A DNA stretch of 64,000 nucleotides from an uncultured delta proteobacterium (GTDB lineage Bacteria; Desulfobacterota; RBG-13-43-22), in the NCBI GenBank assembly GCA_963790475.1, contig CAWBOS010000012.1, forward strand, positions 608,001-672,000. Direction: 5' to 3'. The position numbers were made by a program, and so were the translations under genes. Position 1 is the stretch's first letter, and every line of letters starts with the position of its first letter. The notes below the pieces were generated by a model. It did no database searches. It was not told where the DNA came from and was given only the letters and a program-made list of their open reading frames with translations. This document shows positions 46,607-55,895 of this stretch, one piece after another.

Positions 46607-49420
46607 TTACCCTTTACTACAACGCTGAAAGCTCAAAGCCGAGTGCTGAAATTGATTTGGTTGTCCTTTGAGCTGTGGGGATTTGGCTTGTTTTGATTTT
46701 TCATAGACCTCTGCTTCATAGATGGACCACCAATAAACTGGATCTTTCCCCAATTGGACCAGTTTAAGGTGGCGGATAAAGATCGGAGAAAAGAAATAAT
46801 AGCTTTTTTTATAAATCTGGTTCTGGGCCAAGGCATAATAGGTGTGAGAAGTTGTTTGAATATCCTGCCAATGCTGTCCATCCGGGGAACCCATTATTTT
46901 AAGGTTCCGGGGATAGTCATTGAGGGAACTGCCAAAAAATAAAGAGAACCCGTTTACCGAATAGTCACTTCCAAGGTCGATTTGAAAAAACATTCCCGGC
47001 TCCTGGCCTCTGGAACTGCTCCAACGAGTGAAAGGATCTCCATCAACAGCCAGACCGGCTTGGTCATTATTAATATTTGAAAAGACCCTAATCTGGTTCG
47101 GTGAGATCTTATTAAGATCTTTTACCGGAAACAGGGTATTAACATTTAATGGCTTCCCTTTCTTTTTTCCCCCTCCCTTATTCCATAATTCTCCCCAATC
47201 CACAGCTTCCCCGAAAAGCTGATGGGGGTCCTCCCAATCCGGTGTTTCCTGAATGGCCTGCTCCAAGAAATGAATGGCTGTTTGCCAATTGACCTGCTTA
47301 CGCCGTGTCTCTAAATCAGCACCAGGGAAGAGATGATGGGGGCCGGTAGGGTCGTCCATCCAATGATCCAGGGCGCGCTGGGCCTGATGGTAAGCCTCCA
47401 GGGCCTTCTCGGAGGGTCTGGCAGGGGTTTCGGAAGCTTCGTAGATGAACAGCTCCGCTATGGTCCATGGTTCATTCGGGTCTTCCGGGGTAGTAAGGTT
47501 AGTCAGGCGCACAAATCGGGCCAGGCGAGGGGCAAAGGAAATTTGAAGGCGGGGGGCCTGATCAAGTCGTGGATGTCCTTGGAACCAGTAAAGACCGGGC
47601 AGCATATCATTGGCTGAGAGTTCCGATATTTTTTCCCAATGCTTTTGATCCAGGGATATTTCCAGCCTAAATCCTGAGGGGAGCCCGTACCCGATCGGGC
47701 CAGGCAGGACGGATATCCTGGCCAGCCGTTTTGGCTTGCCCAAGTCCACGGCCAGCCAATCACCAGCCCGTTTAAGGATCTTCCAGGAGGTTAATATATC
47801 ACGATCTTTAATGAGCCGGCATTGGTCTTGCTCTTGACTGGCTGTAATACGCCAATCCAGCGGAGGAATCGACCTGAGATTGTCAGGCGGTTCCTTGAAG
47901 TTATGCCAAAATACATAAGGACCCACCTCTTCACGGCTAGAGGATCCTCCAAGAATTCGGAGAACCGCAGCCATAGTTTCCGGATAGGGATTGCCCAGTC
48001 TCTGGTGAGTCACTATGGCGATTTCTTTGGCGGGGGCGGCATCTACCGCCCGGAGATAATTATAATTGCGCTGCCCATAGTAATCGGCACAGATAATTTC
48101 CCCTCGACTCTCAAAGGTAAGGACTTGAGAAATCCGACTATCGGCATAAGCGTAGCGGATCCCCTTGTCCTTTAAGGTCTTAATCAGGTTATCTATGGGA
48201 CGGTAGGGCAAGTTCTTAAATTCGTCCAGAAAGAGAAAATGAAGAAATAGGTTGAAACAAAGGAGACCGATCAGGACCGCGCTGCCGACGGCCCTACGAA
48301 ATTGAAAGATTTTACCCAACCAGATGGCTACCAGGATCGTAAAAGGTACATAAAGCGATAATGAATAACGAAGAGACCCTGTTGCTCCTTGTTCGCTGGT
48401 GGAAAAAGCCAGGACCAAGATCCAAAAAGTGGCAACTACCAGATCTTTTGGTCCTTGAAAAGGGTTCCGGAGGGAAATGATCCTGCGGAGCCATTGAAAA
48501 ATGGTAATTAAGGAAATGGAAAAAGCCGGAAGATAAATTAGGATAAAGACGGTCCAGGCCAAAAAAGAAGGAACCGAAGGAAGGACGCTGTGACCATCCC
48601 ACCAATCGCCGAGCAGGGATTGAAATAAGGAGAGGCGAAGAACCGTGTAGATCCGGGTTGGGAGTTGATTGAAAATGCCGACCCCGTGGCCTTCAAAAAA
48701 ACCGAACGTGGAGAAATTATGCAAATATTGCCAAAGCCAAAAAGGCGAGGACCCAAGGAGAAAACCGGCTAACCCCATCCAAGGAATCCGGCTAAGAAGC
48801 AGGCGGGGCCGGGCCAAAGATAAACCGGCGGCCCCGGCCAGTAAAAAAGGAACGGATAACAGGCTGGAATACCATCCCAGCCCGGCTATGAGACCGATCA
48901 GGAAGGCCAGGGTAATTGGGTTTTTCGAGGGTTTAAAGGCCAGCCAACAAATAGCGAATAGCACGAAGGTCCCGGCCGCACAGGCCTCCACATGCCCGCC
49001 GGTGGCTAACAGTCCAACGATGCTTAAATAAAGAGGTGACAAGGCCCAGTAGATCGCCGCCAGAAAACCGACCACCGATCCGCCTACCAAGGTGCCGATC
49101 CTATTTACCAAAAAAAGCATGAAGGCCATAATGCAAACGTCGGTCAGGTGAAGGACAAAAGCAGAGGACCCCAAGAGATAGAAAAGAAAACCGGCTAGGT
49201 AGGCTTCCAAGGCCCCCATATAAGGTTGACCCCAGAAAAAAAGTTGAGGCTCTCCTTTTAGAATATGGAGGGCCATTTCCCCGGTAACGGCCTCGTCGTA
49301 GAAAGTCTCGGCCAGTAAAGGAGATCGGGCCATGATCCAGCGGATGAGAAAATGGATGCCAAGCAGAACAATTAGTCCGAAGAGTATTTCGAGGCGGCGG
49401 GATTTATCCTTTGGGATCAT
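46607..49420 (-). CDS. GT-C glycosyltransferase with discoidin, helical TPR-like insert and second discoidin, paralog B
   Basis: FYDEAVTGEMALHIL..FWGQPYMGALEAY; DRDILTSW..VDLG..WTIAE; AIHFLEQAIQETPDW; DGDPFTRWSS..IDLG..WWSIYE. Confidence 0.82.
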   Translation of the reverse strand: MIPKDKSRRLEILFGLIVLLGIHFLIRWIMARSPLLAETFYDEAVTGEMALHILKGEPQLFFWGQPYMGALEAYLAGFLFYLLGSSAFVLHLTDVCIMAFMLFLVNRIGTLVGGSVVGFLAAIYWALSPLYLSIVGLLATGGHVEACAAGTFVLFAICWLAFKPSKNPITLAFLIGLIAGLGWYSSLLSVPFLLAGAAGLSLARPRLLLSRIPWMGLAGFLLGSSPFWLWQYLHNFSTFGFFEGHGVGIFNQLPTRIYTVLRLSLFQSLLGDWWDGHSVLPSVPSFLAWTVFILIYLPAFSISLITIFQWLRRIISLRNPFQGPKDLVVATFWILVLAFSTSEQGATGSLRYSLSLYVPFTILVAIWLGKIFQFRRAVGSAVLIGLLCFNLFLHFLFLDEFKNLPYRPIDNLIKTLKDKGIRYAYADSRISQVLTFESRGEIICADYYGQRNYNYLRAVDAAPAKEIAIVTHQRLGNPYPETMAAVLRILGGSSSREEVGPYVFWHNFKEPPDNLRSIPPLDWRITASQEQDQCRLIKDRDILTSWKILKRAGDWLAVDLGKPKRLARISVLPGPIGYGLPSGFRLEISLDQKHWEKISELSANDMLPGLYWFQGHPRLDQAPRLQISFAPRLARFVRLTNLTTPEDPNEPWTIAELFIYEASETPARPSEKALEAYHQAQRALDHWMDDPTGPHHLFPGADLETRRKQVNWQTAIHFLEQAIQETPDWEDPHQLFGEAVDWGELWNKGGGKKKGKPLNVNTLFPVKDLNKISPNQIRVFSNINNDQAGLAVDGDPFTRWSSSRGQEPGMFFQIDLGSDYSVNGFSLFFGSSLNDYPRNLKIMGSPDGQHWQDIQTTSHTYYALAQNQIYKKSYYFFSPIFIRHLKLVQLGKDPVYWWSIYEAEVYEKSKQAKSPQLKGQPNQFQHSALSFQRCSKG

Positions 49421-49700
49421 AGGACCGCCCTTTCTTTTTTATAGTCGTTTTGCTAAAGGTCCTAAAGGACAAAAGGATAATTTCTAACAGGCAGACGGAG
49501 GTGAGGACCAGGCCGCTATAGAAAAGGTAGAAATGGAATGAAAAATTGATTTGGCGTCTTCCGTTGGGGACATAAATGCTCCTTAAACCATAATCGGCTT
49601 TAAAAATTGGAGAGAATCTTTGATCAATAGTTGCCCTCCTGTAAAGGTTGTAAGCGTTACTGAGGATCAAGAATTTGTCCTCCTAGGCTTTGGTAACTTC
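49404..49700 (-). pseudogene. C-terminal remnant of a YfhO-family protein
   Basis: FLILSNAY..RATID..IFKADYGLRSIYVPNGRRQINFSF followed by a TM helix, the typical YfhO tail. Confidence 0.65.
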
Positions 49701-49807
49701 CACAAGTATCCTCATAGATTTGAAAGGCCCTATAACCAAGGTATTTGAGATATTTCTACTTGATATCTTTCCTGAGAGAGAAATAATAAATAGGGGAACT
49801 TCTCCCA

Positions 49808-49888
49808 TCAAGATAAAACGTAGGATCGTATGGCATTAGCATATACCTGATATCCTTCATCAGTCAAGTGAATGCCATCGGCATGGAC
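49808..49888 (-). pseudogene. SGNH/GDSL hydrolase C-terminal remnant
   Basis: Manual translation VHADGIHLTDEGYQVYANAIRSYVLS* (block V DxxH). Confidence 0.6.
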
Positions 49889-50051
49889 TTATAACAAAGA
49901 CATAATGTATTTGTCAATTTTTTAGGCTAACTTGAGCGGATAGCCGGTTTGATTCATACGGACTCTCTTTAACAGGGCCCCCCAAAAAAGATCATAGCTG
50001 GGGATGGGCTTTTATTGAGCCGGCCTTTTTGCCCTAATCCTTCCGACGTAA

Positions 50052-52793
50052 TTAAAATAATTCCAACTCATGGATCGACCACCAATAAACCGGGTCTTGT
50101 CCTACTTCAAGCAACCTGAGATATCTAAGATGGGTGGGGGGAAAAAAGAAATGGGTTTTTTCTCCGGTCATTTTTAAGAGGGTGTCCCCTGTCCAATAAA
50201 GTTCCGATCTTGCTGTAGCCTTTATTTCTTGCCATGAACTTCCATCCAAGGAAGAAAGGACTCTGAGAGAACGAGGATAATCATGTCTATATTCCCCCAA
50301 AGATAGTGTGAGCCCCTTGACGAGCTGGACCGTTTTCAAATCGATTTGATAATAAATGCCGGGCTCTTGGGGTTTCCTACTGCTCCAACGCGTTTTAGGA
50401 TCCCGATCAATAGCCTTTCTCGCTTCCTGGGGATTGGCATTGGAGGTGACCTCCCAATACTTAACTGGAAGATAAGGTTGGCCTTTGGGACTTGAAAAAC
50501 CGTAATAGGCAATAAAAGGCCCTATCTCTTTTTTGCGAAAGAAATAATTATATTCCCTCAATATTTTTTCTAATTCTTTGTTCTCTTTTTTAATGATCAG
50601 GGCCACTTTCCGACCAAGATGGGTTCTTTCAAATCTCTCGCCAACAAGCCCAATTTCTCCCTCCTCCCCAATAAGGAAATTCGAGGTGACTATCCCCATC
50701 TTCCAGTCACTCTTTACACGAATAACGGCTGAAAGCCAAGGATTCGCGTAAACAAAATCGATTTTCTGGGCCTTCAAAAAAGTCACAAGGTAGTCGATTT
50801 CCTGCTCCCCAGGAGATATGGTTTTTATTTTTCCATTTTCATCATCCGGACTGAATAAAAATAATTCGTTGATTGACCAGTGAATATCAGGGCTGTCTTG
50901 CAATAAACTAATTTTGACAAATCGGCACTGATGGGGTGGAAAGACGATTTCCACCCTTCCGTGGAGGGCCTTCATCATAGGAGTAGGTCCTGACCAAAAA
51001 AATGGACCTGTATATTTCGAAACACTGGCTACGATTTGCCAGTTTTTGCCATCTGAGGAAATGGCGACTTGATAACCAGCCGGAACCTCGGCATAGCTGG
51101 CGGGAATATAGGACATCTTTCCAATAGTTTCCACCCTTCCGAGATCCAACAGGAAGTAAGTCCCTTTTTTCTGAGGTCCATTGGTTTCCCAGCCAGTGGA
51201 GATATCGCCGTCAAAGGCATTTTTAACCTCTGACGGATAGAGGTCAGAAGTTCCAGTCCACAGATGACGAGGGACCACATGGTAAGTATTTTGAGGCGGC
51301 TTAAAATCGGTATAAAGAAGATAGCCATCCGGCGCTGTAACTTTCCGATAAGAGCCCCCGATGGCTTTTAAATTTTCTTCAAAATCCTTGTTTTCTCCTA
51401 ATGAAAGGTAGGCTGCCTTGGGAGATGCATCTACCTGGTCAGCATATTTACTAATTTCCAGGAGGGGAATGGCAGAGATAAGGGCCCCTTTACTTTTAAA
51501 CGTTAATCTTTTTCCCGAGTTATCCGAATAAAATCGGGTATAGCCATTTTTAATCATAAAATCAACCAAACGATTTTCTTTCTCATTGATTTTCTGATAG
51601 GTTATCAATTTCTTGGAGTTAAGAATGATCCAGCCATCATGCCTGAGGTTGCCTGTTAAATTGGAAAAGAGCACAAGCCCAAGAAGGGTGAAGGATAAAA
51701 GATAAGATTTCTTCCCTATATCGACCAAGAGCACTGAAACAAAAATAGGCAGGCAGGTATAAAGGGGCAAGAGATATTTCTGATCGTCATCGCTAAGGCG
51801 GCTTCCGAAGGGAGTAAGCAGATTGAGGAGGATATCCGCCAAAAAGAGAAAAAGAAGGATTTCCCCGCCGGTCGTTTTAGTAAGTCGGAGAGAAAAAGTC
51901 GACTTGAACCCTGGCCGGAATCTATAAATAAAATAGATGAATGCAATTAAATAAATTGGACCGATGATTAAGTAACCGGCAAGGTCCAGGTGGTCATTAC
52001 TCAAGGGGGGCCAGAATCCTAACACCACGGGAAAGGCATTTATAAGAAGGGCCTTAAGATATGGGAGAATATCAGCGACATCCCCTACCTTAGTTAGGCC
52101 GGTTATCGGAAAATGATGGATGACATTATAGGCCCAGAGAGGCGAGCTGCCAAGCAGGAACATGAAGAGCAAAAATAAAAAGTTTTTACTAAAAAGGACC
52201 TTTTTGTCTCTAAGGAAAAGAAAAAGCCCTACGGGTAGAAGGTAGCTTATAATTAAGTAATTGGTCCACCAGCCGATGCCTGATAATAATCCTATCAGCA
52301 TATAAAGGGCCCTCTTGGTCATAGGCGTTACATCCCCATAAATTAGTTTATGGGATATTAGTAAAAGGAAATTTCCAAAAATAATGGCCAGGGGATAGTG
52401 GAGCCTTGCCTCATGAGACCATCCCAAAAAAGATAAGGGTGGGATCGCTAATAGGGCGACACTGAATAGGGCTGTTTTATAATCAAAGAATGTTTTGGAC
52501 AGGAGGTATAAAAGGACGAGAAACAAAATGGATAGGATGATCGCTAAGAGTTCCAATCCTGAAGGAGATGGCCCTATAAAATGAAAAAAGGAGCCCCCCA
52601 AAAAAGCTTCCAGGGACCCCATAAAGTTTTGGCCTAAAAAAAATATAGGAAAATCTCCTTCCATTATCCGTAGGGTCATTAGGCCGACAGTTATTTCGTC
52701 TGAATCGAGGACTGTGATAAGGAGAACCAGCCCCCTGGTAATGATCGATGCCAAAACAATAATAATGAGAAATTTTAATTCCTTTTTTTTCAT
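50052..52793 (-). CDS. GT-C glycosyltransferase with two discoidin domains, paralog C
   Basis: LDSDEITVGLMTLRI..FLGQNFMGSLEAF; DGDISTGW..LDLG..WSINE; DRDPKTRWSS..IDL..WWSIHE. Confidence 0.82.
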   Translation of the reverse strand: MKKKELKFLIIIVLASIITRGLVLLITVLDSDEITVGLMTLRIMEGDFPIFFLGQNFMGSLEAFLGGSFFHFIGPSPSGLELLAIILSILFLVLLYLLSKTFFDYKTALFSVALLAIPPLSFLGWSHEARLHYPLAIIFGNFLLLISHKLIYGDVTPMTKRALYMLIGLLSGIGWWTNYLIISYLLPVGLFLFLRDKKVLFSKNFLFLLFMFLLGSSPLWAYNVIHHFPITGLTKVGDVADILPYLKALLINAFPVVLGFWPPLSNDHLDLAGYLIIGPIYLIAFIYFIYRFRPGFKSTFSLRLTKTTGGEILLFLFLADILLNLLTPFGSRLSDDDQKYLLPLYTCLPIFVSVLLVDIGKKSYLLSFTLLGLVLFSNLTGNLRHDGWIILNSKKLITYQKINEKENRLVDFMIKNGYTRFYSDNSGKRLTFKSKGALISAIPLLEISKYADQVDASPKAAYLSLGENKDFEENLKAIGGSYRKVTAPDGYLLYTDFKPPQNTYHVVPRHLWTGTSDLYPSEVKNAFDGDISTGWETNGPQKKGTYFLLDLGRVETIGKMSYIPASYAEVPAGYQVAISSDGKNWQIVASVSKYTGPFFWSGPTPMMKALHGRVEIVFPPHQCRFVKISLLQDSPDIHWSINELFLFSPDDENGKIKTISPGEQEIDYLVTFLKAQKIDFVYANPWLSAVIRVKSDWKMGIVTSNFLIGEEGEIGLVGERFERTHLGRKVALIIKKENKELEKILREYNYFFRKKEIGPFIAYYGFSSPKGQPYLPVKYWEVTSNANPQEARKAIDRDPKTRWSSRKPQEPGIYYQIDLKTVQLVKGLTLSLGEYRHDYPRSLRVLSSLDGSSWQEIKATARSELYWTGDTLLKMTGEKTHFFFPPTHLRYLRLLEVGQDPVYWWSIHELELF

Positions 52794-52850
52794 GAAAAAT
52801 CCAAAATAATTTGCTGTGGAATAATAGCTGGGTTATTGAATCCCTGGGCT

Positions 52851-53035
52851 GGACATAACCACCGGGAGATCCGGTGGCTTGCTGAGAACACCTGGAGGGA
52901 GCTCAGTCTACTTTACTTCTAAATCTATCTGTTCTTTACCGAGTTTTCCCGAATTCTGACTATACTTTCGAACTTGTTTCTCTTCATAGCCAGAGGGTGC
53001 CAGGCAGAACTCCACTCGCACAACTCTTCGGAGCT
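52851..53035 (-). mobile_element. Internally deleted IS200-like relic (left end, tnpA 3' tail, right end)
   Basis: Minus strand carries GTGCGAG..TCTGCCTG (as in the left end at 58641-58666), GYEEKQVRKYSQNSGKLGKE (compare GYDERQVREYTRNQEKLDKE) and CAAGCCACCGGATCTCCCGGTGGTTATGTC (compare CAAGCCGCTGGCTCCATCAGTGGTTATGAC). Confidence 0.65.
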
Positions 53036-53333
53036 ATTCCCTTCATTACCAGTGCCAATAGTCAAAAGGATGAGTCCTTAAAAGCAGATATCTCTAATCA
53101 TCAGCACTTTTTCATTTCTTTTTCCCTTGCGGCTCAGATGATCTTGAGTTTTAACATAGAAAATAAAAAATTTAAACTATTTTAGCATAGTAACAATCTA
53201 ATACAAGATGAATTTAAACTCTTTTATTTTTAGTACGGCCAGGTGCGCGGTAGAACGCCGGAAGCCAAGGTTTTAATGATAGCCGATTTAGTCAAGCCCG
53301 ACCATTGATGTCTCATGTTGGAGATGAGGGGAT

Positions 53334-55735
53334 TCAATTCCAACGATCCAAATCACGACGGTGAAATTCATCCCAAAGTGTAGGACTTACTCGTAAGACC
53401 CCAAACCCGGTCCACCAGAAACTCTTATGTTCTTTTAAAGATTCTTGTCTCAATCCCCATTCTTTAAAATAATAAAGGTTCCACCTCCCTACGGGTTCAC
53501 ACGTTAATTTTATTCCCGCTTCATTTAGCAATTCCTCAAAACCGGATTGATCCTGTTGATCAACGATAAAGCCTGTCCGTGGGCCGAATTCGACAACTCG
53601 AGACCGTGGCCAGCCGCGGGCAAAGGAAGCTTCGGTAAAGGTCGGAACGGTTTGTATCCCGCCCCTGGTGGCCTCTCTTATTTTTGCACTCAGCCAGCGT
53701 CCGGCATAGATTTTTTGAAGCCCAACCCTTTGAATTTTCTCCACGATGTCTTTATAGCCAAAACTGTCAAACGAACGCCGGCCTTGATCTTCAAAGACGT
53801 AAAGCTCTCCGATGTTCCAGGGATATCTTTCGGTTTGTTCTTTGTTTTTGATAATTAGATAGCGAGCTTTGAGCGGCCCAAAACGACATTCCCAACGATA
53901 GGTTAATTCCCAATAATAAAGGCGCGGTCCATCCCAGTAATAAAGATCCGTGTTAGTCTCAGGAATAATTTTCTTCCAGGAATGCCCGTCCGAACTAACC
54001 TCCAATTCTATTTTGTAGGCATATTCAGGATATTGGGTACCCCTATTGAATAACCTGACCATCCCCAAAGTACGAATTGTCCCTAAGTCGATCTTAATCC
54101 ACATATCAGGACTTTTGGGTCTTCCGGAACTCCATTCCGTATCCACTGGCGATCGATCATTTTCGAAATATTATCCATTTGATCGGAGGCCTTTACCTGG
54201 AGTTCTCCCCTGGGTATTTCTCGATATTCCCGCAAAGGGGGTTCAAACCCATAGTATAATATGTAAGAATCTATCTTTTCCTGCCTACAGCTACCTCCTA
54301 TCACCTTAAGACTCGGGATAACAGGCTTGTCTCCGGGATCGAGAAAAGCAGCCTGATCGGTGCTTTCCAAGATATTTTCATAAGCACGGTACCTTTCCAG
54401 CATCGGCCGCGAAGAGATAATCCGCTCTCTGGAATAAAAATTTATAATTTCCGAACCGGGGTATTGCCAAGAATAGATATGATGAATTCCTTTCTTTTCC
54501 AACTCATTTATCAACCTTATATACATTTTTGTTCTACCTTCAGATAAAGGAGCTTCAGTTTTAATGAATTTCCAGCTGGCCTCCATCTGGACAAAAAATA
54601 AAAAGAGGCAAAGAAAAATAGAAATAAGGCGCCCCTTTTGGGGGAAATGAACAACCCCGTATCCTAAAGCAATAGGGAAAAAAGAGGCCAAAGGTAAAAA
54701 ATATCTGGCGGCACCCCTTTCTATGTGGACGCTACTGCTAAAAATGCCCAAGAAAATCAGAAAGAATAAGCCCAGGATAAATCCCGGAGATATCTTTAAC
54801 CAACTTCTTGGTTTAAAGAGATAAATCAGATCCTGGCGAAAGCCCCAGAAAAGAAAAACAGTTGCCCCGAGATAAATAAAGGCCCCCAACCAAAAATAAA
54901 GCTGATGAAGGGATGCGAATTTTTCGAGATCAAGGAAATAATGAATCCGTTCCAAAAAAAATAAGTGAAGGCCTTCTTTTATATTTTTTAGGGAATATCC
55001 TACTCCCATGTCCAGGATTTTTCTCTGAGGGTCCATGGTGTAATAAGAAAAAAAAGGCAAGGCTCCTACAAAAAAGAGGAAAACACCCCATGATCCCCCC
55101 TTTAAAATCTCCCCAATTCTCTCCTTCAATAATATAAAAAGAGGGATGGTAATCAGGTAATAAATCATCATCGGACTGGTCCACCACCCGATGCCTCCCA
55201 GGAGACCCAAAAGTCCATAACCCCATCTCTTAGTAAAAAGGTTGGAAGACGTTATGGTTTTTATCGTAATACATAACAAAGTGGTCCCAAACATGGGAGC
55301 GCTGATATTCCCCAACTGGGGCATGATACTGTTTTCAGAGATAGTGATAGTGGAAAAGACACACCACAGAAGAGACCATAAACCGACCTGAGATCCAAAT
55401 AGATCCTTGGCCAAGAGAAAAAGGGCCAGACAAAAAAAAATGAAGCATACAACCGGGACAATATGAATCACCCAAAGATTAACACCGAAAAGTAAATAAC
55501 AGGATGAAAGCAGAAAGGCTTCCAGGCTTCCTAAATATCCCGTGTCATATTGGAAAATTGGGAATTCTCCCTCTTCCAAAATATGCTTGGCCATTAGAAC
55601 GCTTATTCCTTGATCGGGATGAGCATCTCCGGGATCAAAGCCAAATGCGCTGGGAGCTTGGGCAATCATCCAAATACGAACGCTGACAACCAGACCCAGA
55701 AGGATGAGGCATAGCCATTTTGATCAAAGTTTCAT
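53334..55735 (-). pseudogene. GT-C glycosyltransferase with one discoidin domain, paralog D, disrupted
   Basis: ATG 55735 reads MKL*SKWLCLILLG (TGA at codon 4) in frame with HPDQGISVLMAKHIL..YLGSLEAF; a frameshift near 54150 splits MIDR / DTEWSS..IDLG..WNIGE. Confidence 0.78.
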
Positions 55736-55895
55736 TGGTTGTAGATAACTTGCATTATAATTCGGTAGAGTTAAAGTGGACTTGACCTCTCCAAGATCTA
55801 CAAAAGACCTTCACTGCCTTTTTTGAAAACGGCTGCTGAATTCCTGTTGTTTGAGCAAGGTTTCCACTTTCTCGGTGAAGTTATTTCGCATCCGA

